Positions 13,732 to 27,070 of a stretch of 64,000 nt of DNA are shown here, in pieces. How positions within the stretch are numbered: the stretch's first letter is position 1; the number at the start of each line of letters is the position of its first letter. This DNA comes from the human T2T-CHM13v2.0 reference genome, Homo sapiens, in NCBI RefSeq assembly GCF_009914755.1, contig NC_060930.1; one strand, given 5' to 3'. Under the pieces are notes generated by a model. The model worked only from the letters and a program-made list of their open reading frames with translations, did not search any database and was not told the origin of the DNA. A program made the translations under genes and the position numbers.

Positions 13732-15049
13732 CACATCTTTTTATATTTTGAAGTTTTCCTTAAATTGATGTATACTTATATTAAGTGCTTTTAGTTAGTG
13801 CTATGTTTCTTCACTTAACTTCCTAATTCAAAGAAATGTTTTCATAGTCTCCGCAAGTGAGTAGTAAAATGAATAACAATCTCTTTATAGCTATAATTTT
13901 TCTCTCTTGCTAATTATTAATTAAATTTTGTCAGTCCATATTAATTTTTGCTAGTCACATAGGCCTCAGAAGCTATGAAATAAAACTGAACATCTCTCCA
14001 TATCTAGACAAATCTTTAATTCATAGAATCTTTGAATTATTTTGATTACACGGGGATTGTTTTCTTTATACAGTTAATTTAAACTATAATTTTTTTCTTT
14101 TACTTTTTTTGTTTGCTACTATTTTACTTCTGTCAAGTAATCAGAAAAATTAATCTTATCATGTTTACCTAACAGACTCTCTTAGGCATCCAGAGAATCT
14201 GGTAGATAACCATGCTAGGATGAACGGTACTTAATTAATAACTCCATGAATAATCTAAATGTATATTAATGTTTATTAGCCAAGATCTTTTTTACATTTT
14301 TTATTATTTTCTTAAATTCTAAGGATGTCAACAGTAATAAGAATAGAATTTCTTTTTGGTTAATAAATAGTACATATGTGATTTGCCATTTTTTATATTT
14401 CTGATTTTTCTAATTCTCATTTTCAAACAAGCCAGATAAAATGAACAAGTACATCAGTATTTTTTATTTTACATAATGTCTTCAGCTGTTTGTCAATTCC
14501 TGCTTTTCAGCTGCCTGAATTATTTTTCACCCACTTGAGAAGTGACTATAACTTTTTAAAATGTGTCACAAATATCACTAACTTGATTGAACTGAGATTT
14601 TTAGTGGATAGACTTCTCTGCAGCTACCTTTGTCCTCCTCATTTACCACCTCACTCTTCCCCTCTTCAAATCCTTTTTTATTGTCTTTCATGATCTTAGA
14701 ATGAGAATGCATCTGCATCTGGCTGTCCTTATCTATCCTTGCACTATATCTCTACTCAGCCTCCTCCCCTTTTTCTCCTTTCCCAGGACACTTTCTTTTG
14801 ATTCTGTTCTTTATAAAGACTTTAGATAATTATTAATGTTTGCATTCTTCCTTTCCAAGGGAATTGATATTCTTGTGCTTTACTGTAACTAAAATATTCT
14901 AGAATCTTTCTGATATTATAACCACATACTTCTGCCCAAATGTCCCTGAGAAGCTAAACTCTGCTTCATCCACATAAAACACTACTGCAAGTATTTCTAC
15001 CTTGAATCGAAATGGCTTCACATGAAGATTTAGAATTATTCCATTTTTA

Positions 15050-15498
15050 CTAAGTGAAATAAGCCAGACACAGAAAGACAAATATCGACTGCATAATCTC
15101 ACTTATATATGGAATCTAAAAACTCATCATAGAAGCAGAGAGCAGAATGGTGACTACCAAGGGCTGTGGGAGAGATGGGAAATTGAGAGATGTTGGCCAA
15201 AGGGTACAAAGTTTCGGTAGGATGACTAAGTTCTAAATATTAATTTATTTATAATTAATAGATAATATTATAATAATTATTACTATTGTGACTACAGTTA
15301 GTAATAACAGATACTTGAAAATTGCTAACAGGGTAGATTTTACATGTTCTCACTACAAAAATAAAAAAGGCAAGCCCATGAGGTGATGGATATGTTAATT
15401 AGCTTGATTTAATCATTTAACAAGGTTACACACATCAAAACATCATGTGTACATATAAATACATATGATTTTTATTTGTCAATTTTAAAAATTTGAAT
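15050..15498 (+). mobile_element. L1MA-type 3' end
   Basis: 'taagtgaaataagccagacacagaaagacaaata', 'gaggtgatggatatgttaattagcttgatt'; flanked by a degenerate direct repeat aattattc(c/t)atttt. Confidence 0.88.
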
Positions 15499-15889
15499 AA
15501 TTATTCTATTTTAGTAATACTTTTCACCCACTTAAGAGTAAAAATAATTTATTTAGGTGACTATTTTTAAGGGAAAAATATTTTCTGCTTGTGAAAATAT
15601 TATTCTGAAAATCCAGTTTTATCTTAAACATGTTTCACACCTAATCTGGCTTTGTCTCACGTTTTACCTGAGAATGCAGTTTCCATGAAAAAACTTCTAT
15701 TCCCAGCACCTTTGGAAGACTCTTGGCTTATGATAACATCAGTAAATATTTGCCGAATGAATCAAAAGAACATGAAAACTAAAATGCAAGGCTACAAATT
15801 GATTTCTGAAATGAAGCGCAATTTGTATTTTGACTAACGCTCTGAATTTATTGTTATTTAGACCTGATTCAAAGCTCCTTCTACTTTTG

Positions 15890-16170
15890 AGGCAGGATAG
15901 AACAGCAGTTAAAAATGTATACCCTGGAACCAGAATGCCTGGGTTTAAAGTCTAGCTCCCCAATTTCTAGCTGTGTGATCTCAAAGCAATCATGCAACCT
16001 CTCTGTGCCTGAATTTCCCACTCTATAGAATAGACATAATAATTGTCACATCTACCTCATAGGTTAGTTGCAAGGATTAGATGGATTGATAGATGTGAAA
16101 ATGCTTGGAACAGCTCCTGGCTCTAAATGAGAGGTACATAAGTTACTGATTGTAGCTACTATTATTATTG
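15890..16170 (+). mobile_element. MIR
   Basis: 'ctagctgtgtgatc...aacctctctgtgcct...tacctcataggtt'. Confidence 0.8.
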
Positions 16171-16753
16171 AAAATTGGTTGCTAAGTTTAACACCTCTAA
16201 ACCTGCCCAACCTGAGAAATCGACCTTGGTAGTATACAGTGAATGAGGAACACATGACCAGCACTGCGTGTTGAGCACTTCCCTTGCTGTGGGAAACCAG
16301 CCGAGAAGAGGCCTCTCATTTCTATGCCTAATAAAGTGTTATCTTAATGTATACTTGAGCAAAAATCACTTTTATTAGACTATTTTGTTTAATTTGTCTG
16401 ATTAAGAGTGTTAAGACTCAATCAGTAGGCATTAAAATGTTTAGATCTTAGGTGTTATATGTTATGAAATATCCAAATGATAAGTAAGAGAAGTAGGAAG
16501 AAGGGAAAGAAAGAAGTACAGTATCCCTGATGTTTTCCCATGAACATTTGCAGGAGTCTTTCATTCCACTTCATAAGTATGGTTAACTTATATGCTTGCT
16601 CTGTAAACAAAACAAAATATTGATTTTTGCCTTTTCTAAAGAACTTTTCTTCCCTGTGAAGACATCATTAGAAAAGCAGCTTAAGGGTATCTGTCAAGGT
16701 TTTAAGGATTTCAAAATCACCTTTTTAAAAGATATGATGTTTTGTGCTTTTAG

Positions 16754-16838
16754 GTTGGGGCTCTCCCAGCTCTCTCATGTGAAGGCCATTTTCCAGGTTC
16801 TTCCTGAAATCTTTCTGGATTGATGCTTTTGGAAGCAG
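16754..16838 (+). other. Candidate spliced exon (probably lncRNA)
   Basis: Acceptor 'tgttttgtgctttttag|' and donor 'CAG|gtgagg'; a second donor 'CAG|gtgaga' follows 16862. Confidence 0.4.
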
Positions 16839-16899
16839 GTGAGGATATGTGAGCATGAGCAGGTGAGAGGGTGGGGGTGTGCACTGACTCCACGTCTAC

Positions 16900-17263
16900 T
16901 ACATTAGTCTGTTCTCACACTGCTATAAAGATACTACCTGACACTGGGTAATTTATAAAGGAAAGAAATTTAATTGACTCACAGTTCCACATGACTAGGA
17001 AGGCCTCAGGAAACTTACGATCATGGCGGAAGGCAAAAGGGAAGAAAGGCACCTCTTACATTAGCGCAGGAGAGAGAGAGCGCACAGGGGAAACTGCCAC
17101 TTTTAAACCATCAAATCTTGTGAAAACTCCCTTGATATCATGAGAGCAGCATGGGGGAAACCTCGCCCATGATCCAGTCATCTCCCACCAGGTCCCTTTC
17201 TCAACAAGTGGTGATTACAATTCGAGATAAGATTTGGGTGTGGACACAGAGCCAAGCCTATCA
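16900..17263 (-). mobile_element. THE1 (THE1D-like) solo LTR, ERVL-MaLR
   Basis: 'attagtctgttctcacactgctataaag...aggcctcaggaaacttac...gatttgggtgtggacacagagccaagcctatca'; near-TSD tctac/tatac. Confidence 0.92.
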
Positions 17264-18599
17264 TATACCAACAGCACACGGTGCTTTTCCTGTAAGATAT
17301 GATCCCTGTGTCCAGCTCAGTCCAAAGTAGCAGAGCCTAATCAAGGATGCAATTACAATGAAAACAGCAATAATAACAAACTAACTGCTAGAGTACACCA
17401 AAAGTCAAAACTCAACATGAATTTTGTGCTATGATCATTAAGGAAAATGCCTTCCTTTCAGTTGCTTCTGCACACAAGGCAGGCTCCACGTATGGGCAGC
17501 AATCCACGCTGTCCAATTTAGTGGCCCAAGAAAGCCCCTGTCCCTAACATGCTTCTCCCTGAACTCTCCCTAATATCTGAAGCATAACATTTGCCAGTCA
17601 CCCATTCCTCTGGATTAGCATCACCATCTTTGTCACTTTTTCCGTTACTTTCCTTTAGCATAAGAAGTTAAGGGTTTCTATAAAACTGAGGACCTAGAGG
17701 TGAGAAGAACACAGGTGAAGAAACATCTGTCTGAACTGGGTGTTGGAAGAACTAAACTCTATGTCATATGAATATTTGGACTGATTCTTGCCACCAAATT
17801 CTTGAGTAACTCCAAAAAAAATCTGTGACCAGTTCACAATGACACTGAGAGTCAGACGCAGCTGTTCACAATTTATACAAAATAAAACCACAGGAGAATT
17901 TTCTTGCATAATTTTCCAATCTATTTTTGAAAGTTTTTAAAATAAATTCTACCATTATTTCCCCAAACCAATGAATACAGGCAAAGCATGTAAGGGAATT
18001 TAATCACCTAGCGAAAGTCTTTTCTCATACACTTATTATTCAATAATTTGGACCAGAAAATGCAAAGAAATCACATCCTGCTCATTCCCAGGTCCTCTGA
18101 GGCTAAGAGGGGCTGAGGGTGACACTATAACCTGACAGGAGTCAATGACTTTGGGTGTAAAAAAAAAAAAAGTGCTTCAGTGAAAAATTTCCATCCTTTT
18201 TATGAGAAAGGCCTAGGCTAGTGAGCTTTGGCTTTGGATATAGAGGTTGTCTGAGTGACAGTCATTTTTGGAGAACAGAATGAAAACCACACCCCAGCTG
18301 TGGTAGTGGCAGGAAAAAAGATATCTTCCCAAGAGAGTTCATTGCTTGTCCATTAGAAGGCTTCAGCCAGAAATCCCACAGTGGAGAAATCTAAACAAGT
18401 GTTATACAATAGCTAGGCTCCCCCTGCAGCAACTCCTAATGTGGGCAGAGACAGCCTAATTACCACCCAAGCTGTTCCTATGCTGACTACAAGGTGACAC
18501 GGAGAGAGCAAAGGGAAGGGGAGGGAGAGACATGTAACACGATCTATTATTTTGCAATTAACAGGAGGCTCACTCCCGTCTGTCCACTGTCAACATCTA

Positions 18600-19137
18600 C
18601 GCATGAGTGAACACACACACACACACACACACAGCCGAATCTCCAGAAACCCTAAGTCAGTTTCTCCCCTGCCTCTCACCCTCAGAGGGGCTAGGTCACC
18701 TTCTTCTCCTGCATCAAAACCTGGTTCCAAGACCCCAAGGACCAGGGCACCAGGCTCTTTTTTCACCCAAGAGAAATTCAGCTGAGATTTCATTTATGTC
18801 GATTTATTTTCCATCATTGCTTCATGATGCCTGTTACATGGTGTAGATTTCATTGTGCCTAATACAATGTAAACTCTATGTAAATAGTTGTTATGTTGTT
18901 AATTATCTAATTATATAATACTTTAATATTTTAATCATTTGCAAATGCTGACTTTTTCTCTCAGGTGAGAGAAGAACCTGGCCCGCTGGTCCTTGGGGTC
19001 TTGGAACCAGGTTTTGATGCAGAAGAAGAAGGTGACCTAGCTGTGCTGAGGGTGAGAGGCAGGGGAGAAACCTACTTAGGGTTTCTGGAGATTCAGCTGT
19101 GTGTGTGTGTGCGCACACACACACACATACACATGCG
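18600..19137. repeat. Inverted duplication: arms 18600-18782 and 18947-19137, spacer ~165 bp
   Basis: Manual alignment gives about 88% identity over the ~150-bp core, with a 37-bp perfect run. It is also visible as near-identical ORF translations on opposite strands (18607+ vs 18903-; 18590- vs 18965+). Confidence 0.95.
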
Positions 19138-19344
19138 CACTTCTGTGCACATATTTTCAAATGCAAAGGATTAGAAAATTCAAGTATTATATAACTATAT
19201 TCAGCTTTAATTACAACTACTAATTGGTCGAGCCTCCTAGAAAAACACTGCTTGGCACCAATTCTACTTCACCAGAAAGCAATGCTTATTATCTTATCCA
19301 TACCAGCTAATTAAGTAAAAACACACTGCTAAAAATCTCAAACA

Positions 19345-19649
<305 letters not shown>

Positions 19650-19897
19650 GACGTCAAACAGATTAGAATTGCTTAGATATTTGAAATTGTAACGAAAGTG
19701 TAAAAAATAAAGAGATTGACAAATATTGTAAAAGAAAATACAAAGTATCATTATTTGCACCTCTCTATCAAACCGCTCCCCCAAAAAAACTACTAGAACA
19801 AAGAAATTTCAGAAAGGTGGCTGATTGTGAGCTAAATATACCAAGAAAAAAACATTAGTGCTCTTGTATACCTATGGATGTAATTGAAATATATACA

Positions 19898-20210
19898 CTT
19901 TCAGCCTTCTGCATCTGAGGGTTTAGCATCCATGGGTTCAACCAACTAGGGACACAAAATATTCCAAAAAAATCACATGCCCACACAAAAAATAATACAG
20001 CAATAAAAGATAATTACATAAATAAAAACATAACTATTTATATAGAGTTTATACTGTATTATGTATTATAAGTAATCTAGAGATGATTTAAAGTGTACAG
20101 GAGGATGTGCATTAAGTTATAAACAAATATAAAGAACTTCAGTATCCACAGATTTTGGTATCTGCAGGAGTTCTGGAACAAATCCCCCATGGATACTGAC
20201 GGACAACTTT
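19898..20210 (-). mobile_element. MER2/MER2B (TcMar-Tigger MITE)
   Basis: 'gtattataagtaatctagagatgatttaaag...gattttggtatc...ggaacaaatcccccatggatactgacggacaact'. Confidence 0.88.
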
Positions 20211-20235
20211 GTCCCTCAGTACGCACACACACACA

Positions 20236-20323
20236 CATATATGTACATATATATGTTAGTAGAAGTATATACATGTATACACACACATACATACCCATAT
20301 ATGTACATATATGTTAGTAGAAG
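20236..20323. repeat. Short tandem duplication in TA/CA-rich sequence
   Basis: catatatgtacatat(at)atgttagtagaag at ~20236-20265 and ~20296-20323. Confidence 0.8.
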
Positions 20324-20519
20324 ATTCCACTAGAAATAACAAAACATATATAAATTACTTGTATTAATTTTTTAATATGAAGGAACTATATTAAGAAAAT
20401 GATATGTCAAAGAATTGAATAAATGAAACAATATCCTATGTTACTAATTATAAACATTATATTAAAGATATTTATTCTCCTGTAATTAATTTTTGAATTT
20501 AACTTAACCCCAGACCTCC

Positions 20520-20845
20520 AAATGCAGTGGTGCAGGGGTCCTTCAGGAGATGCCAGGTCTCATCTGATAGCTCTAAACACCCACCCGGCCCCAGAGTTGA
20601 AGAAGATGGAGGAGAACCTGGCAGGACCAACCAGGTGGAGTAGCAGGTGGTTGACAACATGCCTAAGCTGCAACAGCGCCTGCTGACCCTGAGCCAAACT
20701 TTTGAGCATACAGGCAAATATCCCTCCTTTACTTTCATCTTCCAAATCTCACACAAAATGTCTCTTCTGGCTCAGGCAAACTTGGAACTATGCAGGGGAT
20801 GGAATTCTGTTAAATGTACTTGCAAGGAGCTAAGTTGACACAGTG
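20520..20845. mobile_element. Old MLT1-type LTR fragment
   Basis: GC-richer block ending 'ggaattctgttaaatgtac...agctaagttgacaca', which resembles old MLT1 LTR termini. Confidence 0.45.
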
Positions 20846-21044
20846 AAAAATCACCACAATCATAAAGGTAAAAATTTTTCAAAAATATCAATGTATAGAG
20901 CTGGGAGTGTATAGAATAATTTTTCATATGTGGCACTAAAGGCAAAAGATAGAAAGGAAAGACTGACAGATTTGACTTCATAAAAGTTATTTTTTAAATC
21001 TGTTAACAAAAAAAGTAAGCAAACAAGAAAAACATTGAGGGTAA

Positions 21045-21360
<316 letters not shown>

Positions 21361-21416
21361 AGTCTGTTTAATATTTTTAAAGTTTTCCAAATCAATAAGA
21401 GACAGATGAGCATCTG

Positions 21417-21702
21417 TTATTTTATTTTATTTATTTTTTAAGAGATGGGGCCTCACTTTGTTCCACAGGTTGCAGTGCAGTGGCATGATCATAGCTCACT
21501 ATAGCCTCAAACTTCTGGCCTCAAGGGATCCTCTTGCTTCAGTTCCCCAGTAGCTAGGACTAAATTTAAAATAAATTTTTAAATTATTTTCAGAGACTGA
21601 GATCTTACCATCTAGCCCAGGCTAGTCTGCAACTCCCGGGCTCAAGCAATCCTCATTCTCCCAATGTGCTGGGATGACAGACCTGAGCCTCTGTGCCTGG
21701 CC
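21417..21702 (-). mobile_element. AluJ
   Basis: Diverged dimer with 'gatcatagctcactatagcctcaa' and 'gggctcaagcaatcct'. Confidence 0.9.
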
Positions 21703-21709
21703 TTATATT

Positions 21710-22400
21710 TTATATATATAAAGGGTAAGGACTGTTAATTCACAAAAGAAGAATAAAAAAGAAGTAAAATGGCCAAAACACACTTTTAAGTATAAAATCC
21801 CACTGGAAATCAAGTAAAAGCAAATGGTTTCCCCCAACACATTGGCAAAGGTGTGAAAATAAATATATATTCAATTTGAAGAGGACATTGGAAAAATCAA
21901 TACTTCAATGTATTCATACATTTTGACCCAGATTTTTAAAATTCTATTAATTTATCCAGAGAAAAACAATAATGGAATGCCTATCACATATGCCTAAGAA
22001 AAAAAGGTGCCTAATAAATATTTTTGAATAGATGTATAAAAATACTTTTGCAATAAGAATGTTTATAATAGCAAAAACTGGAAAAAACTGAAATGTCCCA
22101 GGATAAGGCATTAAATAAACTGTTATCTCCATACAGTGAAATACTGGGTAGCCATTGGAAATTTTCGATTAAAGGTGTGGAACTACATAGTCTATATATA
22201 AATAAATAATAAACCATTTAAAAACAATTTATATGATTTCATTTTTTTCAAGTGTTATGTATCTACACATACATACTCACTCTCCTACAATAAATAAAAG
22301 TAATGGAAGGATTTTTGCCAAAGTATTCATAGAAGTACTGTCGTTTTTATTTTCATTAAATATGCATTACTAACCTAGTACAAAGAAGCAATAAATGTTA
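21710..22400 (+). mobile_element. Ancient L1ME 3' fragment
   Basis: 'ttttgacccag', 'gtttataatagcaaaaactggaaaaaactgaaatgtcc'. Confidence 0.6.
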
Positions 22401-22844
22401 TTTTTAAGTACTGGTAAAAGTGTTGAATATTTGATAAAACTTTCTTTCCTCCTCCTTCCTTCCCTGAAATGTCTGTACACTTAGTCAGTGTGTGAAGTGT
22501 GAAAATGTTGAAAAGAGAATGACGAATTTAGCTGGAATCGATGGAGGAACCCTTCCTGTAAGAGGAGTCATTTGAGGTAAGTCTTAAAGGATGAGTACAT
22601 TTTGAATGCAAGGGTAGGGGAAGGCAGGAAACCCCAGAGTGTGTGGGAGAAGAAGAGATGAATTCAGTTTGAGAGGCAGGTATTGAATTGTGTGTTAGAC
22701 ATGAAGCTGAAAGGTAGCTGGGGTTGAAACCACAGGTAGGCTTCTCCATCCTAATGAGAAGGCTGAATTTCTCCATAGGATACTTCCTCGTTCCACATTG
22801 GTGACTCACCTGGAGCAGGGCTTGGGAATTCTGTCTCTGCCTGG

Positions 22845-22847
<3 letters not shown>

Positions 22848-22878
<31 letters not shown>

Positions 22879-23157
22879 AGAGAGAGTCTCGCTTTGTCAC
22901 CCGGGCTGGAGTGCAGTGGCGCGATCTCAGCTCACTGCAAGCTCCGCCCTTCTGGGTTCACGCCATTCTCCTGCCTCAGCCTCCCGAGTAGCTGGACTAC
23001 AGGCGCCCACCACCACGCCCCGCTAATTTTTGTATTTTTAGCAGAGATGGGGCTTCACCGTGTTGGCCAGGATGGTGTCGATCTCGTGACCTCGTGACCC
23101 ACCCGCCTCGGCCTCCCAAAGTGCTGGGATGACAGGCGTGAGCCACCGCGCCCAGCC
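22848..23157 (-). mobile_element. Alu (AluY/Sc-like)
   Basis: Full dimer; TSD tgcctggagct at 22838-22848 and 23158-23168. Confidence 0.95.
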
Positions 23158-23656
23158 TGCCTGGAGCTCTTTAAAGGGCTCTGAGCCTGGGATTCTTGGG
23201 AGAGTTCCATTGCATTGTATGGTCACGGAGATTGACACAGGTGATTTTTTTTTTTAATAGAAAAGTGTTATCACTAACCCTTCTCAATATATTTTCTGTC
23301 CCCTTATTTTTTTAAGATGGATATCTCTAATCTAGGTCAGAGGAGGAGTGTGGTATGCCAAATTCTTTTGCTCTGGCTAACATGATTGGTAAATAAGTGA
23401 GAATTGACACTTTTTTTGTTCTTCTTCATTCCACATATTATTCTTGTATGACACTTTTCTCTGTAATGTGAACATGTCACTCTTGAAAGTAAGCCCAAGC
23501 CCATACATAGGTACAGGACCTCATTGCAAAGAGACAGTGCAGCTCCAAATTCGTGGGAATCCATCTCCGCGGTAGATGCTCCCTTCAAAACCCACCCTCC
23601 CAATTCTGAGTCTTCATCTGAATATGCTCATAGTTTGCCTATATTGACTAAAATAA

Positions 23657-24001
<345 letters not shown>

Positions 24002-25818
24002 AATTGCTTTTGAAAAAAGAATGATACCTAGTGTCCGCCCAATTTTATAAAATCAACTGATTCAATCAATTGGGTCCAACTAATTTGTACCTATCTTGAG
24101 AAAGGATTCTTCATCATTCATCAAGGGAAACCTCTGTGTTGTCACCCCTTTACAGACCCCTCTGTGTGACAGGACAGGTACTGTGGCTTGTGATGACTAC
24201 GTAGGACACCATTTAATGCTCCATGTGTACCCCCAGCTAACCGACACTCAGGAGTAGAGATGAATCCCCCCAAATAATTACTGTATTTCCACTGATAAAA
24301 TGAAAAGCACCATTATCAATGATGCTTCACCTTTAACTTCTAGAAATAATTCCAGAAAATCATTTTTTATTATTTCTTTAGGTCATCCTCCATACTCTTG
24401 AAATAATGTTTCTTCTTCCAACATTCTCCAAATTTAACTGACTCACCTTTTGTGTCATTTTCTCTAGTGTTTTGATGCTTGGTCAGTGAATGTAAAACAC
24501 TAGCTAAAGCTTATATAATAAACAAAGATAATTATTTGAAATAATCTCTTCTAAATTAAAAGTATCTCCTCCAAGTAGAATTTGCTGTTTAACCAAACCA
24601 CACAAGCACTGAATAATGAGCGTTCTGGTCTGTGGACTAGTCTAAAGGTGATCACTTCTACTGGTTAGTCACTGCTTATACTGCCAACATATAGTCTCTG
24701 ATTTCATTTCTTTGTATTGAGGCAAACTCTAGGATGAGAAAGAAAATAGGTTATGAATTCAACTGCTTGAAAATTTTGTATTATGAGCCGTGAATTGCAA
24801 ATGCAAAAAGCCAGAAATACGATGAATAGTGTCTTTAACATTTAAGAAAGAATTGACTTTAAATCTCCTTGTCCAGATGCAGAGCTAATCATCAAAATTC
24901 CTACCAAAATTACTTACAACTGTAAAAAACACACACATACACATTTTAGACATGTAAATCTAAAAAGCTGTTAGAGGGAGTTATGAAAATTACATGCAAT
25001 TATCTTGTAACTGGGATTACGAATCAATTTTCCCAGTGTTCTATTCTTTGCTTTCTTACTGCCTTCCAGAGTTTGATGTTTCTCATTTACAAAAAAAGGG
25101 ATATATTTCATTTAGCAAAAAAAAAGTTGGATTTAACTCTATAATTTGTAAATATTTATGCATATTTCCAAAGAATCCATCAGCTTAACTAAATTCTTCC
25201 CTGATTACTTATAGGTCTAATACATCATGCTAGATTTCACATGTTGCACTTTCACAATAAAATGTTCAGATGAGAAGGCGATAACCAAAACAACCTGACA
25301 ACCAATCAGTGAACACTCAGAAAAAATAAAACCCAAAGGTAGAGATTATCTATAAAATGGGTGTAGATTTAATTTGAAGTCTGTTTTCTACTTAAAATTT
25401 AAAAAGTTGTGTTTAAGGATAAAATTTTTGTTCAGATTTTGCAGAGAGTTAATAAAACAGCCTAAAAAAATGACCAACTGGTGTCAGTGACCCTACCCCA
25501 TTTCTCTTCCACCTTCACGCACATGGCAAGTGGAACATGAACACTTTGTTCTGCATTGTATTCAAAGATGACACTACTGACAGTGATTGCTCCACTCTCT
25601 GTGTGTGACTGAGAAGCCCAATATGGTACCAGGAGTCCTTCCTGTAGTTTGCACATATGAAGCTTGTTGGGAGATTTGTGACTACAGCTGCTTTTAACAG
25701 AGCTTGTCATTGTTTATATCTCTGCCTCCAAAATACAAAATGGTCCGTTGCTAGGAATGAACCACTTCATTTCCTGACTGCTGCAAGCCAGACCGTTGTC
25801 TCTGTTGTTCTTTCCCAG

Positions 25819-25875
25819 ATGTTCCCCAGCATGGCCATGTTGCTTGAAGCTGTGCTTTGCCTCTGTCTGAGATGG
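25819..25875 (+). other. Candidate spliced exon
   Basis: Acceptor 'gtctctgttgttctttcccag|' with upstream CTGAC, donor 'TGG|gtaaga'; 57 nt in unique sequence. Confidence 0.45.
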
Positions 25876-26143
25876 GTAAGATAAATTAACTTCAATTATC
25901 TGTTCCCCTCTTGTTGAAGATTGTAGGCACTGCAGAGATCTAACAGTAAAAACTGAGAACTAATCCTAAGTACCTACTATGTATTATATAGTGGTGATTA
26001 GTGGTAAGCAGAAGACAACGAAGGATGGGGTCTAGTTTCTGCCATCGAGGTACTTATAAGGTGGACACACTCCCCAAATAGTGAAGGTCAATGAGTGACA
26101 GGGCAAGCTGCTTGTCAAGAACTCCTATGGAAGTTACCTAGAG

Positions 26144-26655
26144 CAGTGGTCTCCAACCTTTTTGGCACCAGAGACCAGTTTCAATGGAAGACAATTTTCC
26201 CATGGACTGAGGAGGGGGATGATTTCAGGATGATTCAAGTGCATTACATTTATTGGGCACTTTATTTCTATTACTATTACATTGTAGTATATAATGAAAT
26301 AATTATACAACTCACCATAACAGAAGCAGTGAGGTCCATGAGCTTGTTTTCCTGCAACTAGATGGTCCCATCTGGAGATGATGGGAGACAGTGACAGATC
26401 ATCAGATATTAGATTCTCATAAGGAGCTTGCAACCTAGATCCCACGCATGCGCAGTTCACAATAAGGGTTTGTCCTCCTGTGGGAATCTAATGCTGCTGC
26501 TGATCTGACAGGAGGTGGAGCTCAGGCAGTAGTGCCAGCGATGGGGAGCGGCTGTAAATACAGATGAAGCTTCTCGGGGTTACCTGCCACTCACTTCCTG
26601 CTGTATCCCCTGGTTCCTAACAGGCCATGGACAGCCCCAGGATTGGGGACTCCTG
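26144..26655 (+). mobile_element. MER1A (hAT-Charlie), near full length
   Basis: Termini 'cagtggtctccaacc' and 'gattggggactcctg'; internal 'attagattctcataaggagc'; degenerate 8-bp TSD acctagag/ccccagag. Confidence 0.93.
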
Positions 26656-27070
26656 CCCCAGAGGGAGAGATCATTTCAGGTTTGGGTGTAAAGAAATCCT
26701 TCATGGAAGAGAGTATATTTGAAAAAAGATGATCAAAGTGGATACTTTCAGCATAGAAACTGTGAAAAACAATACCAAGTAGTAGCAAATGGATATGTTT
26801 TGGGGATGGCGAGTATGCAGGTTTGACCTTAAAGAAAAACTACAGGATATAAGAAAACAAAGTGGATGAAGCCTGGATAGAAGGGTTTAAGCCATTATAG
26901 AGATTTTATAAAGGCTTTAAAACTAATTAAATAAAGGACCAATAAATCCATGTACCTAATCCTAATTCTGGCTACTGTGTTCAATATCAACAACTGTGAT
27001 ATTGAAGAAAGGATTTAACCTCTCAAGGACTCGACTTACATCTGTAGATTAAGAAGGCAAGAATAGAAAA

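Noticed and set aside
18414-18432. CTCF-like GCTGCAGGGGGAGC on the minus strand
   Set aside because: Mismatches at two core positions; a motif match alone is insufficient.
23561-23580. Quasi-palindrome catctccgcggtagatg with CpGs
   Set aside because: Short arms, no CpG-island context, poor CTCF match.
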